From Octopus bimaculoides (taxonomy: Eukaryota), in contig NC_069000.1 in assembly GCF_001194135.2 (NCBI RefSeq), forward strand, positions 26,361,781 through 26,425,780: a stretch of 64,000 nt of DNA, read 5' to 3'. Shown piece after piece: positions 25,761-40,166 of the stretch. Position 1 is the first letter of the stretch. Every line of letters starts with the position of its first letter. A program made the translations under genes and the position numbers. Under the pieces are notes generated by a model. The model worked only from the letters and a program-made list of their open reading frames with translations. It did no database searches and had not been told where the DNA came from.

Positions 25761-27959
25761 TACCCTGATGCAATACCATGCAGTAGCTCTCATGGTTTCT
25801 GATCAGTTGTGTATATGTGTGCATGTGCACACATACAACTGATTGGAAGTGTTAACATGTACATGCTTTGTCTTGGTGTAAAAGATGGGTTACAGCAAAT
25901 ATTCTGCTCAATACCACAGATTTGCTTGTCAGATGTTTGATCACAACCAGTTGAGCATGTCCCTTGGTGGCTGACGATATGTGCATCTCTGATCATAAGT
26001 AGTGGGTAGCATCATAATCACATTTTAAGAATTCTTTGGAGTTTGAATAATTCACCCCTGGAAACCTGGGTGTTTCATTCATCATCCTTAAACAACCATT
26101 ATTCAAGGACCTTTTGAGTGGGATTGGTTACTCAGCTTCGTCACCATGTCGTGCATATATGGTTGTGACACATGTGCCTGGTGTACCCCAGAGTCATTTT
26201 GATTGTGTGTGCTGCTTTCCCACGCTACAATGTTGATATCAGCTGTAAACAGCTTACATGATAGATAGTGTGAATTACCTGCTACCCCCAGTCAGTTTCA
26301 AAACCTCAGAACTGCCATCATCAATGTAGGTCAGAGGAGATTGTGGAGCAAAACTGAGTGGAGGTATGCAAGAGTAAAGATGAAAAGGATCCTTAGCCAA
26401 ACTCCTCGCAGGCAGGAAACAATGATAAAATTTTCTGGGTGAGTGAAAGCAATGGTAGAGCTGGTGTAGGCATACTGTGAGTTGAAGATAGATAGATAGA
26501 TAAGGTAATAAGGGTGTGATAGGATAAAAGTGAGACTAGCTATCAACAATTGCATTATTTTTTTTCCACATACACCCCTCAACCAGTAGTGGCAGATGAC
26601 CAAGACAGTTTCTAAGACCCTTCTCCAGATTATCATGACAATCAACAACCTAATTGTTGTCGTTGGCAACTTCAAGAGCCTTGTTAGTTAACTCCATGTT
26701 AATGATGTCATGGAGACTATAGCTATCATACAAGAAACAAAGGTCTAAGATTCCTGCAGTTCAGTGATGCAACTTATATAACACTTGGCAACAAAGATTA
26801 GAGGCTAATGACTTTTAGAATCAGATGATTTGGAAGCCGAAGAACCTGCAATTGGTTACTGGTTTCAAGAAAATCTAATTGATGTATATGTTGTAGGAAA
26901 GTTCTATTCATTTCTTGGGCCATTAAGAAAATACAGGTCATTATTGAGTACTCTATACTTATACTCCCTCATCCACCCATTTCTGGTCCTGTTGCTGTCC
27001 TGTTCCAATCCTTAGGTTACTCTCCACATTTACTATGTACAAAACACCCCCAGCACCTCCTTTGTGCCAATCCCATGACGGAAAGTGCCGTCCATTCTCT
27101 CTAGGATGATTTGTGAGACAATCTCTCTAGAGTTGGTATTATGAAAACTGCACAAAGCACACTGTAAAGTGATCAGCAAATGAGCAGAGAAGGAACAAGG
27201 TTGTGAAGTCCCCTCAACACCGTGTCACAAAAAACTGCTCTATTGTTGGTGGCACAAAATGATGCACCCAGTATACTCTGTAAAGTGGTTGGTAATAGCA
27301 AGACAACTCAAATTAAGAAAACAAGCTAAATGACATGTACAAGCACCAGTCTATGGTGCAGCACCCAATATGGAAAGACTTGGACTATAATAACCCAACC
27401 AACTTATTCTAGCATGGAAAGTAGATGTTCATGTCTAGAATGATATTGTAGGGTAGGCGTGAGAGGCTGGATCTGGCCAGTTTGTACCTAAAAAAATGGA
27501 GGATATTTAAGCCTGATATGACCAGTTTAAATGCTAAAGGATTAAGGTTACACTTGTCTGCAGAATGCTTAGCCCACTTACATGTTAAGTCAATAAACAA
27601 GTAACTCAGTTGATTGAATAACTGACTCACTGAAACTGAGAGAGAACAATCCATCCATATATACTACAGATACACCAATACACATATTACACAACTTTAA
27701 TAATAGTGTGTTAATCTTAACAAGCATAACCGACCATTTCTAGGCAGGACTATTCATTCAACATATCCCAGTTCATCTATAAATTCATGTAAACGTTGTG
27801 ACTTCATGAAAATACAAATTGATAGTGGTTTTGATTTCAGTCCTACTGCATGGCACTTTAGGGATGTCTTCTTATTAAGCCCTAGACCCACCAAAGTCTT
27901 GTAAGTGGATTTGGTTGACAAAAACTGAAAGAAAATTGGCCCAGCTCAATAAAGTGGAC

Positions 27960-29065
27960 TTTGTGTGTGGCGGATGTGCAAGAGTAATGAACACTAAAAA
28001 AACATACAAGAAATAGATTTCCTTGAGTTTTCAGGAGGAACCTTAAAAGTAGTAGATACTTTCTGTTACACTGGTGGCCTAAAGTTGCTGGAATAAGAAT
28101 AGGATGGAGATGTTCAGAGAGCTATTAGCTCTGTTGGCAACAAAAGGTTTCTGTCTTTTAGAGTAAAATGCAGAATGTATGACGCTTGTGTATGAACAGC
28201 AAGGTTATATAGTAGTGTTTCATGGGCTGTGAATGTAGAGGGCATGTGAAGGTTTGAAAGAAACAAAGCTAGCATGCTCCACTGGATGTACAAAGTCAAT
28301 GTGCATGTGTGACAATGTGTAAATATGTTGTGAGAAAAACTGATCAGATATAGAGTACAAGAGAGAAAACTATGCTGGTATGGTCATAAGATGCAGATGG
28401 ATGAGGAAAGCTGCATAAAGAAGTACCAATTGCTGAACATGCCTGGAACCTTGGAGGAGGGAGATACAGGAAGAAGTGGTAAAAAAATGACTTTCAGATG
28501 TTGAGCCTCACATCGATGACAAACGACCAAGACGATTGGTGATTTACTGTGCATGAGAAGACCGGTGCATCTATGCAAAAACAAGGTCCTAAAAGCATGT
28601 CATCTATGTCCCTGCACATACCCCAATAACTCATCTTCCTTACACTCCTCTTTCACCTGTGTTCACCATTCACTGCATTGCCCTCTCCTTTTTCACTTTC
28701 GTGAACTTACCTAACCATGCACTCTTTCCAATCATTACTTGTATACACCTCCCTCTAACTTAAGAATATGCCTCAACATCTTTACCACTATCTTCTCTTC
28801 TTTCTCTACAGCAAGACATCTATTTCAGTCCCCTGTATCATACTTTAACCTCTCATCACTACCTTCCTCAGTACCATCCCCATCTCAGTTGAGGATATTG
28901 CCGTGCAAGTTACTTGATGACATTGGTGGTGCCACTAGGAAGTGGCATTTAACCATAGAAATCATGCCAAAGCAGACAGTGGAATTTGGTGCAGTCCCCT
29001 GGCTTGCCAGCTCCTGTCAAACTGTCTTAGCCATACCAGCATGAAAAACAGACATTAAATAGTGA
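27960..29065 (+). mobile_element. Decayed RTE LINE 3' end (ORF end plus 3'UTR)
   Basis: Similar to 5362-5760 (gtagtagatactttctgttac..agaataggatggagatgttcagagagc..tgtatgacgcttgtgtatgaacagc), followed by a pyrimidine-rich UTR and an RTE-type tail. Confidence 0.7.
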
Positions 29066-29076
29066 TAATATATATA

Positions 29077-30187
29077 TATGGTTAGCCAAAAAGTTCATTA
29101 GTTTTCGTCAGCATTAAACTTTAAGCACTTTAATAAGTACCTAACTTTAGTCTGTTCTTTGTCCATGTGCACACATTAAATACAATGCAGATCAATGCAA
29201 GCTTGCAATGAGAAATGTTGTATTTTGTGTGCTTGGGAACATATTGAAAATGTAGAGTTGAAACAAACATTATTGACATCTCATGTTTTTCTTTATTTTA
29301 CAATAAGGGAAGAAAGTGGCAGAAACCTGCAAGAAGACCCTCATTACAGGACCAGGATGATTGCAGATATTCTCCAAATATCCAAACTGAGTGATGAAAA
29401 CCATCTGCCTCAACTTAGTAACACCAGTAGGTTTGATGTTGGAGTCCCACATCAGCTGAATGAGGCTAACCTTACTCAACAAATTTCCATCTGTAATTCA
29501 TTGAAGATACATAAGCCTTATTTGAGGAGAATCTTGATGGGATGAAAAATGGATCGTCTGTAAAAATGTGAAGTGCAAACAATCATGGGGAAAGCATGGT
29601 GAACCACTATAAATGAACTTCAAAGTAAGTTTTCACCCAAAGAAGGTTATGTTTACAATTTGGTGGGATTGGAAGAGTGTTGTCTTTTATGAGCTTCTTC
29701 CTACAGACAGGATCATCAATTCAGATATATATTGTGACCAGCTGGACAAATTAAATGAAGCGATCCATCAGAAACATCCAATACTTGCTAATTGCAAGGG
29801 CATTGTCTTGCATTACAGAATGTCAGACTGCATACTTCGCAGATGTGGCATAATTTACTGGGTCTTGGCTGGAAAATTTTGCCATATCCTTCATATTCAA
29901 CCATACACCTTCAGATTTCCACCTGATTTGTTTTCCTCAAAATTCATTGAATGGACAGAACTTCAACGTTGAAGAGGATGTAAAAATTCACCTGGAAGAA
30001 TTTTTCATCAGTGAAGACAGGAAATTCTTTGAGCAGGGAATAACAGATCAGCCCACAGGATAGCAGAAGAAACTGGAATGAAACGGTAATTATATCATTG
30101 ATCGAATAAGTAACTGTTTAAAACTTGTGTCATATTTTCACTTGAAAAAAGAAAAAAATTTAATGGGACTTTTTGGCCAAACCAATA
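29077..30187 (+). mobile_element. Mariner (DD34D) element, near full length, pseudogenised
   Basis: TIRs tatggttagccaaaaagttc / gggactttttggccaaaccaata in TA context. Residues ILMGDEKWIV..K, HPKKVMFTIWWDWKSVVFYELLP, YCDQLDKL and PSDFHL spread over frameshifts. Confidence 0.9.
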
Positions 30188-30195
30188 TATATGTG

Positions 30196-30500
30196 CAGAC
30201 ATGGCAGCATGGGTAAGAAGCTTGCTTCCTAACCATGTGATCTTGAGTTCAGGCCAAAGCTTTAAGTGGATTTGGTAGATGGAAACCGAATGAAGCCAGT
30301 TGTGCATATGTAAATGTGTGTCCTACCACTGCCTGACAAGTAGTGCTGGTTGGTTATGTCCCCTGTAACTGACCAAGTCAGCAAATGGTGCATATCGAAT
30401 AAGTACTAGACTTAAAAAATAAACACTGGGATTAATTTGTTTGACTAAACCCTCCAAGGTGGAGTTCTAGAATGACCACTGACCAATGATTGAAATAAGA
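30196..30500 (+). mobile_element. SINE family B (degenerate)
   Basis: atggcagcatgggtaagaagcttgcttcctaaccatg..agtggatttggtagatggaaac..gactgaaa-like 3' end. Confidence 0.75.
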
Positions 30501-30525
30501 TATAGCGTGCATGTGTACAAACACA

Positions 30526-31371
30526 CATGGTGTTCGGGCTAAATTTGACGCTTTATCTCACCTTTTCTTCAGGAACAGCTTGATATATTGGTGAACAGTC
30601 ATTGCCATTAGAGAGCATAAATATTAAATTAGTAGTTGAGAAAAAGTTAGCTGACAAGGAGTACAGGAAGTCATCTGCATATTGTAAAAGAGTTAACTGT
30701 ATCATGTTGCTGAATGCTCTCTGAACACTTAAAAAGTGAACGGCTTAAAAAGATGTAAGATGTGGTATGAACAGCTACAATGTAGACTACAAAGTTGTGG
30801 CCAGGAGGAAAAGATACAATAGGTGTTGTGATTGAATCCACATGTTGGAATTCATCTCCACATCTTTTAACAGAGTCTTAGGCTCGATTCAGATGGCTGT
30901 GTGAAGCTGCTGAAGACTATGGTCAAACCATGGCTGGGTAGGGTTGCTGCTGGAAGGCCACATGTACAGCACCAGGATTCAGCTTCTTGCCATACCTCCA
31001 GAAAGAGTAAGAAGTGATTGTTGGGGAGTTTCTACAACTTCACCAGCCCCAATTTCTAGCCTCCTAATTTCCCAGAGAATAGTTGAGAAAGACACCAACC
31101 ACTCTGCTTGCAACACCAAGGCTGGGCTGGTGGCCAAGATCAAGGTGTTCTAAGATCTTCCCAGGGACACAGTGAGGAACATATGCACCAGGTTCCAGAG
31201 CCACTTTAAGGGAGTGGTGTAAGTTGAAGGTGACTACTACAAGCAAACTTATCTCCTAGCCCTAATCAAGTTCATATTTTCTGATTTTTCAAAAATACTT
31301 TTACTTTAAAATGGAATATTGTATTTCCTTTTCTATTTATGCAAACTGTAAAATTTAGCCTAAAGACCATG
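30526..31371 (+). mobile_element. Internally deleted Tc1/mariner (maT/DD37D-like) element
   Basis: TIRs catggtgttcgggctaaatt / aatttagcctaaagaccatg. Translation GLRLDSDGCVKLLKTMVKPWLGRVAAGRP..QDSASCHTS..IVEKDTNHSACNTKAGLVAKIK..EGDYY. Confidence 0.8.
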
Positions 31372-31789
31372 TGTGTATGTGAGAGAGAGGGGCACATGTT
31401 TGTGTGTGTGAAAATACAGGTGTGTTAGAAGATTGGAGTCATGCAAGCAACACTAAAATTGTCCACAGACATGGACAAAGTATGCAGGTGATTTAAACTA
31501 CTCATAGCAATTGGTATCAGAAGCTTAAATCAACTGCTTATTAATTACTTGTGTATTTTTTGCTAAAAAGAAAGCAAGTATTCAAGACCACAATGAATAG
31601 AAACTTCTTACACATTCAAATTTTAATATAATTCTGTTTGTATCAAAATGAGGTTTTCGAGTGTTTTCTTATTTGAGATTCAAGACTGAAGCAATCATGA
31701 AACCTCTACCATTCACCGTGACACACATTCCTTTCGTTACTGCTCTAATTTGTTTTCTTTGAAAATAAGGAAAGATTTTCTTTGAGGTA

Positions 31790-31985
31790 TCTTTTACTTG
31801 GTTAAGTCACTGGACTTTGACCATGCTGGGATCCCGGCTTAAAAAGTTAGTGATGAATGAATCAACCCCAGTACTTATTTTTTAAAGTCAGGTACTTGTT
31901 GTGTCAGTGTCTTTTGCTGAACAGCTAAGCTATGGGGATGCAAACAAACCAACACTGGTTGTCAAGTGGTGGGGTGATACAGATA
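31790..31985 (-). mobile_element. SINE family B, 3' half
   Basis: cttttacttggttaagtcactggact..aaccccagtacttatt..gcaaacaaaccaacactggttgtcaagtggtgggg. Confidence 0.7.
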
Positions 31986-32227
31986 CATGTACATATACTT
32001 GCATATACATATATATACACATGTATGCTCACGTACACACTCATGTATACATATATGTATATATGAAGGCTTCTTTACCAGTGTAATCCAAGCACTGCAA
32101 CACTGATAAAAGAAGTGTGAGGACCACAAGGGAGACTATGTTGAAAAATAAACCTCATTTGGTTATATTCCATGAGAGTATTTTGGTGAGTATATGCTTG
32201 TATATACCTATGTATATGCACAGGCAT

Positions 32228-32562
32228 ATCACCATCATTTAACGTCCACTTTCCATGCTACCATAGGTTGGACAATTTGACTAGGGACTGGCAAACCAGA
32301 TGGCTACACCAGACTCCAATCTGATCTGGCAGAGTTTCTACAGCTGGATGCCCTTCCTAACGCCAACCACACCGAGATTGTAGTGGGTGCTTTTTACATG
32401 CCACCAGCACAAGAGCCAGTCCAGCAGTACTGGCAACGGCCACGTTCAAATGGTGTTTTTTTACATGCCATCTGCACAGGAGTTAGTCCAATGTTTTGTT
32501 CACATGCCACCAGCACAAGTGCCAGTAAGGCGAAGCTAGAAACGATCGCGCTGCTCTGGCAG
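32228..32562 (-). mobile_element. RTE 3'UTR/tail fragment
   Basis: catcatttaacgtccactttccatgc..ctccaatctgatctggcagagtttctacagctggatgcccttcctaacgccaacc. Confidence 0.85.
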
Positions 32563-32749
32563 TGAGTATATACATATATAGACATACACAAACACACAGG
32601 CACAGTATATATTTATATATAAATACACATATATACAGATGCATATAATATACATACACATACAGGCACATGCATATATTTATTTATATACACATATACA
32701 GACGCATATAAATACATACACACACACACACACACACATACTTGAAGTC

Positions 32750-33563
32750 TTCAGTAACATTCAATTTAGAACTGCTGAAACAAACAGTTCAATATCACTT
32801 GATTGATTGAAAGATATGTATTCCGTTTTCTTGATATTTGTGTGCAGTCCAATTTTAGCAGCTGATCTTCCCTGCTGAGCAACTGTTGTGCTTAATCTAT
32901 TTCATCTGTGAAGTCCAGGTCTGTGATGATTACTGCTGGTATTGAACAAATTACATTAGCAAGACTGTTGTAGTGTTCTGCATTATGTGAACCTTCAACT
33001 GGGGCATAGCAAGGTTTCCACCTAAGTTTGCGGCCAAAATTCTGTTACTGACACACGATGCTGCTGAGTGCTATTTTAGTATTGATATCAAGGAGGATTC
33101 CTACACCACCACATGCAATACTGCTCTCATTTTGCCATACTGATGTGATTTTTTTCCAATTGGGTGCACTCTTTCTCATCTTTTTGCACTATTTTGTGAT
33201 CAACTACTGCTAGGATGTTCATGCAATTTCCGGATAACTCGGAAAATTTGAGCCTTTTATGCTCCAACTGTATGGTGCATACATTTCTAGTACCTATGTT
33301 TAAAGTTCTTTTGGCTTTCATTAATTGACCAGGTTTAACATGTTGATCTTTGCTGTCAGCCACATCTCTTCCATCAGAGTGTGATGATGCAGCGTCATAA
33401 GTACCAGATAAACCCTGGCATGCATTGACAACAGGTTGTAGATTAGGGGGCTTGCACCCTAGTGCAATTAGTAAATCTTATCATTTTGGCCTAAATAATG
33501 ACAGGGGTCGTATACTGTAGATTGCATTTCTTCATTAGTGGAGACAGGATCTCCTTTGGTGAG
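32750..33563 (-). mobile_element. RTE LINE 5' part (APE endonuclease N-terminus); 5'UTR probably continues at 40526-40740 beyond the Gypsy insertion
   Basis: ORF 33127..33363 MKAKRTLNIGTRNV..NILAVVDHKIV resembles the RTE APE start (xNIGTWNVRT). The continuation across the Gypsy is inferred from the shared TGAG TSD. Confidence 0.7.
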
Positions 33564-34611
33564 TGTTATGGCAAGAATCATGACACCCTGTGAGAATGGA
33601 CTAGCTGTACTTGTATAAGTAGCAGCGTATTAGACTGAGAGCGAGAGATGAGAAATCGCAAGAAGTCGAAAAGGGTCATTCGCGAGTTCGTGGATCACAA
33701 GAAACTGTTGAGAAGTTGTTATAGTCCATTGAGAGTTGTTTTGGATTGGTTACAGTTGTTGGCAGAATATTTGGGAAAACATCAAGTGGAGATGGTTGGT
33801 GTCTACCCTGTTCCGTGGTACTATATATCTCACTGTATTAGTGTAAAACACTAAGGTGACGTATACAGAAACCACATTATAAAAGTGGCGATGAGTGATT
33901 TGAAGCTTACATTGGTCATTGATGATTTTTATGATACAAGAAATTCATTAATTATGGAAGACTTATTAGCTGACATATTACAGTTGCAAAAGCAACAGCA
34001 GTTGCACCAACAACTATAACACAATCAGTTGCAGGAATTGATGTTGAAGTCGGGAAACACTACAAGTTTGTTTTTGCCAGACAGTGTAGTGAGTGTTATA
34101 ACTTAATTTAGTTATAACTCAGAAGATATGAAGAAATCTTCAAGGAAGAATGCAAGTGTTGGACAGACGATGAAAAAGTGAGACTTCTGTCACTGAAACT
34201 AGGTCCTTCAGAACATGAAAAATACTGCAATTCTATCTTGCCTAAAAAAACAAGTGAATTTCAGGAAACGAATTGCTATCCAAAATGTTCAGCGATAAGA
34301 GTTCCCTGTCTAACACTCACTAGGAATGTTTGAACTTAGTAAAAGAAGGGATGAAGATTTTGTCAGTTATGCCGGAATCGTAAATAAAATGTGCAAAAAA
34401 TTTTAACTGAAGGAATTGTTCAAATGTTTCATCCTTGTGCAAGGGTTGACAGCAAACAAAAATGCAGAAATACGTGCATGGATTCTTACAAAACTAAAAG
34501 AGGAGTGCCAAAATTTAACCCTGCAGGCAGTAGCAGAGGAATGCCAAAGAATTATCAACCTGCGACAGGATGGAAAGATAATAAAAAAAAAAATTGTCAA
34601 ATACAGGCATG

Positions 34612-34960
34612 TCATCATCATCATTGTTTAACGTCTACTTTCCATGCTAGCATGGGTTGGACGCTTTGACTGAGGACTGGTGAACCAGATGGCTGCACCA
34701 GGCTCCAATCTGATCTGGCAGAGTTTCTACAGCCGGATGCCCTTCCTAATGCCAACCACTCTGAGAGTGTAGTGGGTGTTTTTACATGCCACCGGTACGA
34801 GGGCCAGTCAGGCAGTACTGGCAACGNNNNNNNNNNNNNNNNNNNNNNNNNNNNNNNNNNNNNNNNNNNNNNNNNNNNNNNNNNNNNNNNNNNNNNNGGA
34901 GCCAGTCCAGCGGCACTGGCAACGATCTCGCACGAATGTTTTTTCATGTGCCAGTAAGGT
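34612..34960 (-). mobile_element. RTE 3'-tail fragment inserted in Gypsy-1 gag
   Basis: catcatcatcattgtttaacgtctactttccatgctagcatgggttggacg..; gag resumes after about 34965. Confidence 0.9.
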
Positions 34961-35713
34961 GACGCTGTCAACTGGGAATAAATAAAGAAAAAAGTATGTT
35001 ACGACCTAATCCATGCTATGGGTACGGAGGTCTGCATTTTAAGAAAGACTGTCCATTTAAAATTCGGAAATGTTTTAGTTGTCAAAAAATAGGACATAAA
35101 AGCTCACACTGCAAAGCGAAGCAAAAAAAGGCCCAAAAAAAAAAAAAAAATTCTAAAAAGGTGTGCTCAACAGATAGTTGTGACGACACCCCAAAAAGGA
35201 AGAGTGTATGTAAAAATAAATGACGCGAACATGAAACTACAACTAGATACAGGTAGCAACATTACAATTATTGATATTAACATGTGGAATTGGGAAACCT
35301 ACATTAAAGAAAACATTGAAAAGTGCATGAGGTGTCGCAGGTGAAAGATTACACTTCTTAGGCAAAATGGTAAGTGACATTTCATTTCATGGTAAAACCT
35401 GTAAAGCAAAAGTGTTTGCGTTAAAAGATGCAACAAACTTGTTCGGTACTGACTGGATTGAGTTGTTTGATTTATGGGACCTCCCCATAAATCTGTTCTG
35501 TAAAAACATGATTGCTCCTCCAGTAAGAATAAGGCATCAGATGAATTGAAGACAAAATTAAAAAATGCTTTCCCTGAAGTGTTGTTGGATAAATTAGATT
35601 TGTGCATTAAGACCAACACACGTTTCCAAATTAAGGAAAACGCAATACCAGTGTTCAAACCAAAAAGAATGGTACCTTTTGCTGTGATAAAACATGTTGA
35701 TGAAGAATTAGAC

Positions 35714-37702
35714 AAGTGGTTCTTAACCTTAATGGAGGTACTGAACCCTGAAAGCTTCATCAGTACATTCACCGAACCCTTTGTAATTGGAAAAATAAAA
35801 TCTGATTTCTTTAAAACACAGGTATATATTTTATTATTGCGCAAAATGAACTATGCATCAGTTGCACTCCAAATCACTGTGTTCAAAGAACAAACCCAAC
35901 AAAACATGAATTTCACACAAAAGCATAACTCAATGAATATTTACTGCAAATAAATGTGACTTTTGCTGTTGCCTTTCAGGCACAAGTTCAGAAATGCATG
36001 GCTTCACCATGGCAAATGCCACTCTCATATAATTTTCGCAACAAACTCTGTTCCTTTTCTTAGTTTTTATGTCTACCATCCTCGAAAAGGGTTGCTCACA
36101 AAGATATGCTGTAACAAACGGTGTATCTCAAGGACTTTCTTAGCAATAAGAGGGTATGGTACAATTTGGTGACACCAAAACATTGAGAATTTTGTTGTTC
36201 TGAAGAGTTGCTGTTGAAACCAGCTCTACTGAAGTTCAATGATTTCATCGAGGTATTCATCGTTGCAGCTCCTTGAAGATGCAGTGCTTCATAGCAGTAT
36301 TTTGCACGTAGTTCACATATTCAACTACAATTTTTAATACTTCTGCCAGTTTTGGAGGCAAGATTTGTGTTATCAATACATGCCTTGCAGAACACAGTGC
36401 GTAACAATGATGTGTGGTGCATTGGATTTCACCAGCACTCCCAAACCAGAGTGTCATCCCAGCATGGCTGGAGCTCCATCCAAACTGCAGAAACCATATT
36501 CCACAAAAGCCTATTGTCTCTGAAGAAGTCATCCACAAGTTTCTTCACACCTGCTGCATTGGTTGTTGTTGTTGTTGTACGAGACATACAAAATAAAATG
36601 TCGGTGGTCTCATCGAGTTGGAGGTTGAATTTTGCTGTGCTTGAAACCAAATCTGCAACTACTTGAGCCAAGACGCCATCGCTCATGTTGTATAGTCTGC
36701 TGCTGATAGTGTTATTTGAAAGAGAAATTTGGGATAACTTATCTTCAGCAACTTTTCCCAGCATGATATTCATCATCTTCAACACAGCTGGTTCTATGAG
36801 TGTTTCATCAATGGTGTGTGATTTGTCCTGCTTTACGATCAGGTATGCAATTTCATATGATGCTGTGTGGATCGATTTGTTGATGGGTACAAAGCCAAGA
36901 ACAAGCAGAGTAGCCTTTTCATTGAATCTGGCTCTCTTCACCTTGAATTCAGCAAGCATGGTGTTCTTGTATTTCCCATCTCCATGCAGCTTTAGGAAGT
37001 GTTCCCTTAGTTTTTCCAGTGCTAGACTAGAATTGCTCAATTTGGCATTGCAAATCATGCATTGAGGATGCTGACTCCCATCACATTCCTTTATACATGT
37101 CATGTGAATCCATATTGTGCATATGCATCCAACCACTTTATTTTTTAGATGGACACAGTATGAAGGGTTTGAAAAATTAAAAGAAAATCGCAAATGACAT
37201 ACAATCACAACACCCACAAGTCAACTACTGAGTGCACCAAGTTCCCTGCAGCACATATCAAAGTCAAGCGATGATGGCCAAGCAGAGCATGACATCATGA
37301 ATAATACAAGTGGACTGAACGGAACAGGGACACACACATAAGCCTGGGCCAATTTTTTGCTTTGTTCAAAATGTTTAAAAATTTTTTTTATTTATTTATA
37401 AATTAATATTTTAAAATTAAATTTTATATTGTTATCATAATCTATCTTTTAATAAACTAGTTTATCATGGAAATTTATTTTGTGTAACAAATTCTTACTA
37501 AGCAACTAAATATTTGTAATCTAACACAGTGAAGAAAAATTGTGTTGCCAAATTGTTGGCAGCTGATTTTTTGATGGCCAACAAAAATGGTCCAACATTG
37601 CTAGCGTGAACCGTGCTATATTGTATCTTGACCCCTGCCGAACCCCTGAGACTGATTTAACAAACCCCAGGGGTTCAATCGAATCCAGGTTAAGAGTCAC
37701 TA
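35714..37702 (-). mobile_element. hAT (Charlie/Buster-type) element, both ends intact, internally deleted, inserted in Gypsy-1 pol
   Basis: 8-bp TSD AATTAGAC (35706-35713 and 37703-37710; nnnTAnnn). TIRs aagtggttcttaacc / ggttaagagtcacta. ORF 36429..37217 has PQCMICNAKLSNSSL..HFLKLH and FNLQLDETTD; hATC remnant FVTAYLCEQPFS. Excision restores pol DEELD-RLEE. Confidence 0.93.
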
Positions 37703-40126
37703 AATTAGACAGATTAGAGGAAACTGAAGTCACCCAAAAAGTGGAATATGCAAAATGGGCAGCTCTAACAGTGTGCATTAAAAGAATAACAAAATCAGGG
37801 TGTGTGCTGATTTTCCCACTGAATGAATATCTGAAAACGTGTCACTATTCTGCTACCTAGTCCAGAAGATATTTTTGTGAAGTTAAATGGGGGCAAGATA
37901 TTTTCAAAACTGGATCTCTCCAATGCATACCTACAAATTAGAGTAGATGAGGAATGTTCAAAATACCTAACAGTGAATACACATAAACGACACACCTGCA
38001 ATTTTTCAACAGGTTATGGATGCAATATTAGCGGACAGTGAATTCGCAATTCCATACTTGGATGATATATTAATTAAAGAGAATCTCGAGATCAGCATGT
38101 TGAGCATGTAAAATCTGTTTTTGAAAAAAATAATAGATTACAGTTTCACATTGAGTGAGGAAAAATGTAAATTTTTCTTACCTAAAATTATTTAGGACAA
38201 ATTATTGACAAGAACGGACAACAACAACCAGATCCGTTGATGGTAAACTCAATTAAAAATATGCCTCTTCCGCCTAATATAATAACCTTACAAGCTTTTC
38301 TAGGTCTAACAAATTATTATCAAAATTATATGTCAAATATGCATGAATTGAGAGCTCTACTAAATAATTTGCTAAAAAGGATGTGAAGTGGAATTGGTCA
38401 AATAATTGTCAAAAGATGTTACACAATATCAAAAAAATATTAATAATGGATTTGTTGCTGGCTTATTTCAATCCTGCAGTGGAGATTGTTATAGCTTCTG
38501 ATGCTTCTGAATAGGGCATAGGAGTAGTAATGCTGCACAAATATAAAGATGGTAATATGAAGGTGATGGTTCATGCCGCATGTTCTCTGATAGCAGCAGA
38601 GTAAAACTATAGTCAAATAGAGAAAGAAGCTATAGCAATCATTTTTGCAATAAAGAAATTTCACAGATCTTTGCATGGTGGAAGTTTTTGGCTACAAACT
38701 AATCACCGACCATTATCATAAATTTTTGGGTCAAAGAAAGGAATTCCTACCCATACTGCAAATAGGTTACAACACTGGGGTACGATATTGTTGAATTATG
38801 ACTTCAAGATGAAGTATATACCATCCAGGAAGTTAGGCCATGTGGATTGTTTATCAATGCTAATTCCAAAAACTACGAAACTATTTGAAGATACTGTGAC
38901 TGCCATGTTGCGAGCAGAAAATGAAATACAAAAACATTTTGTTTAACCTCATTCTGGAGCTGCCAATGACTGTTCAAGATATAAAATTAAAATTGGAGAA
39001 TGACAAATTCATTGCAAAGATGAAAGAAATGTTGATGGTAAAAGAAAATAAAAATATATACGAACCATTTTTCTCTGTGTGATAATGTGTGCACAAAAAG
39101 TTGTAGTGCCAGCCGTACTATGAAAGCATGTATTAAGTGAATTTCATACGGGACACCCAGGGATTTCAAGCATGAAATCAGTAATGAGGAGTTACGTGTA
39201 TTGACCTACTATGGATTGGGATATTGAACAATTGGTGAAATCCTGCTGAGTTTGTACTCTTGCAGCAAGGTCACCACTGGTGAGATTCCAATCATGGCCT
39301 AAGATAGACAGTCCACGGTCCAGGCTACATACAGATTTTGCTGGACCATAAACGGTTTCTATTGCTGATCCACCTAGGTTCAACCTCTTTTGGCATTGGA
39401 TCATAGTAGACAGCTATACCAAGTGGCCAGAGATATGTAAATGCAGTCAACCAACCTCAAAGGTAACAATAAGGTTCCTTCATGAACTTTTTGCGCAATA
39501 CAGTGTTGCAGACACCATAGTATTGATCAATCACCTCTCTACTCTGCCATACCACCAGAGATCAAATAGGCAAGCAGAAAGGTTTGTAGATACATTTAAT
39601 CAAGCACTAAAAAAAATCAGGAAATGAACTAGGCAATGATGCAGCACTAACTCGATTCTTAAGGGTTCACCTAACCTGAACACCTGTTCAGACAAGTCTC
39701 CAGCAGAGCTAATGTTTGCTTGGGAGATGAAATCAATTTTTGATAAACTGTTACCTACAACAAAAAAACTTATAGGGAAAACCCAAGAAACACAACAAAG
39801 TATTTTAATGTGGGAGATAAAGTTATTTCAAAATATATAAGAATGGAAGACAAGGTTGGGAGGACGGCGCAGTATGATGTACATAATAAAAGGTCAAATA
39901 GGAGAGCACAATGACATCTGAACCAGTTGAAGACTAGACATACCAAAGAAAGAAGAAATACTGATGGATGTCATGGCTTGTTCGATGTTCCAACGCCAAA
40001 AGAGGTTGAACCTAGGGGATCAGCAATAGAAAACAAACAAACAGAACAACTAGAAATAGTCCCTGAGCGAAAGAAGTATTAAAACTTGAGGAAATTAAAA
40101 TTTCAAAAAAGGGAGAGGTGGTGATG

Positions 40127-40166
<40 letters not shown>

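Noticed and set aside
26260-27110. Host exon or gene in ORF 26331..26675
   Set aside because: No recognisable protein. The plus strand weakly resembles a decayed LINE endonuclease, too degraded to call.
36195-36230. CTGAAGA...GAAAC as a hammerhead; likewise 21826 and 4963
   Set aside because: The intervening sequence cannot form stem II, and these sites lie in TE coding remnants or unstructured DNA.
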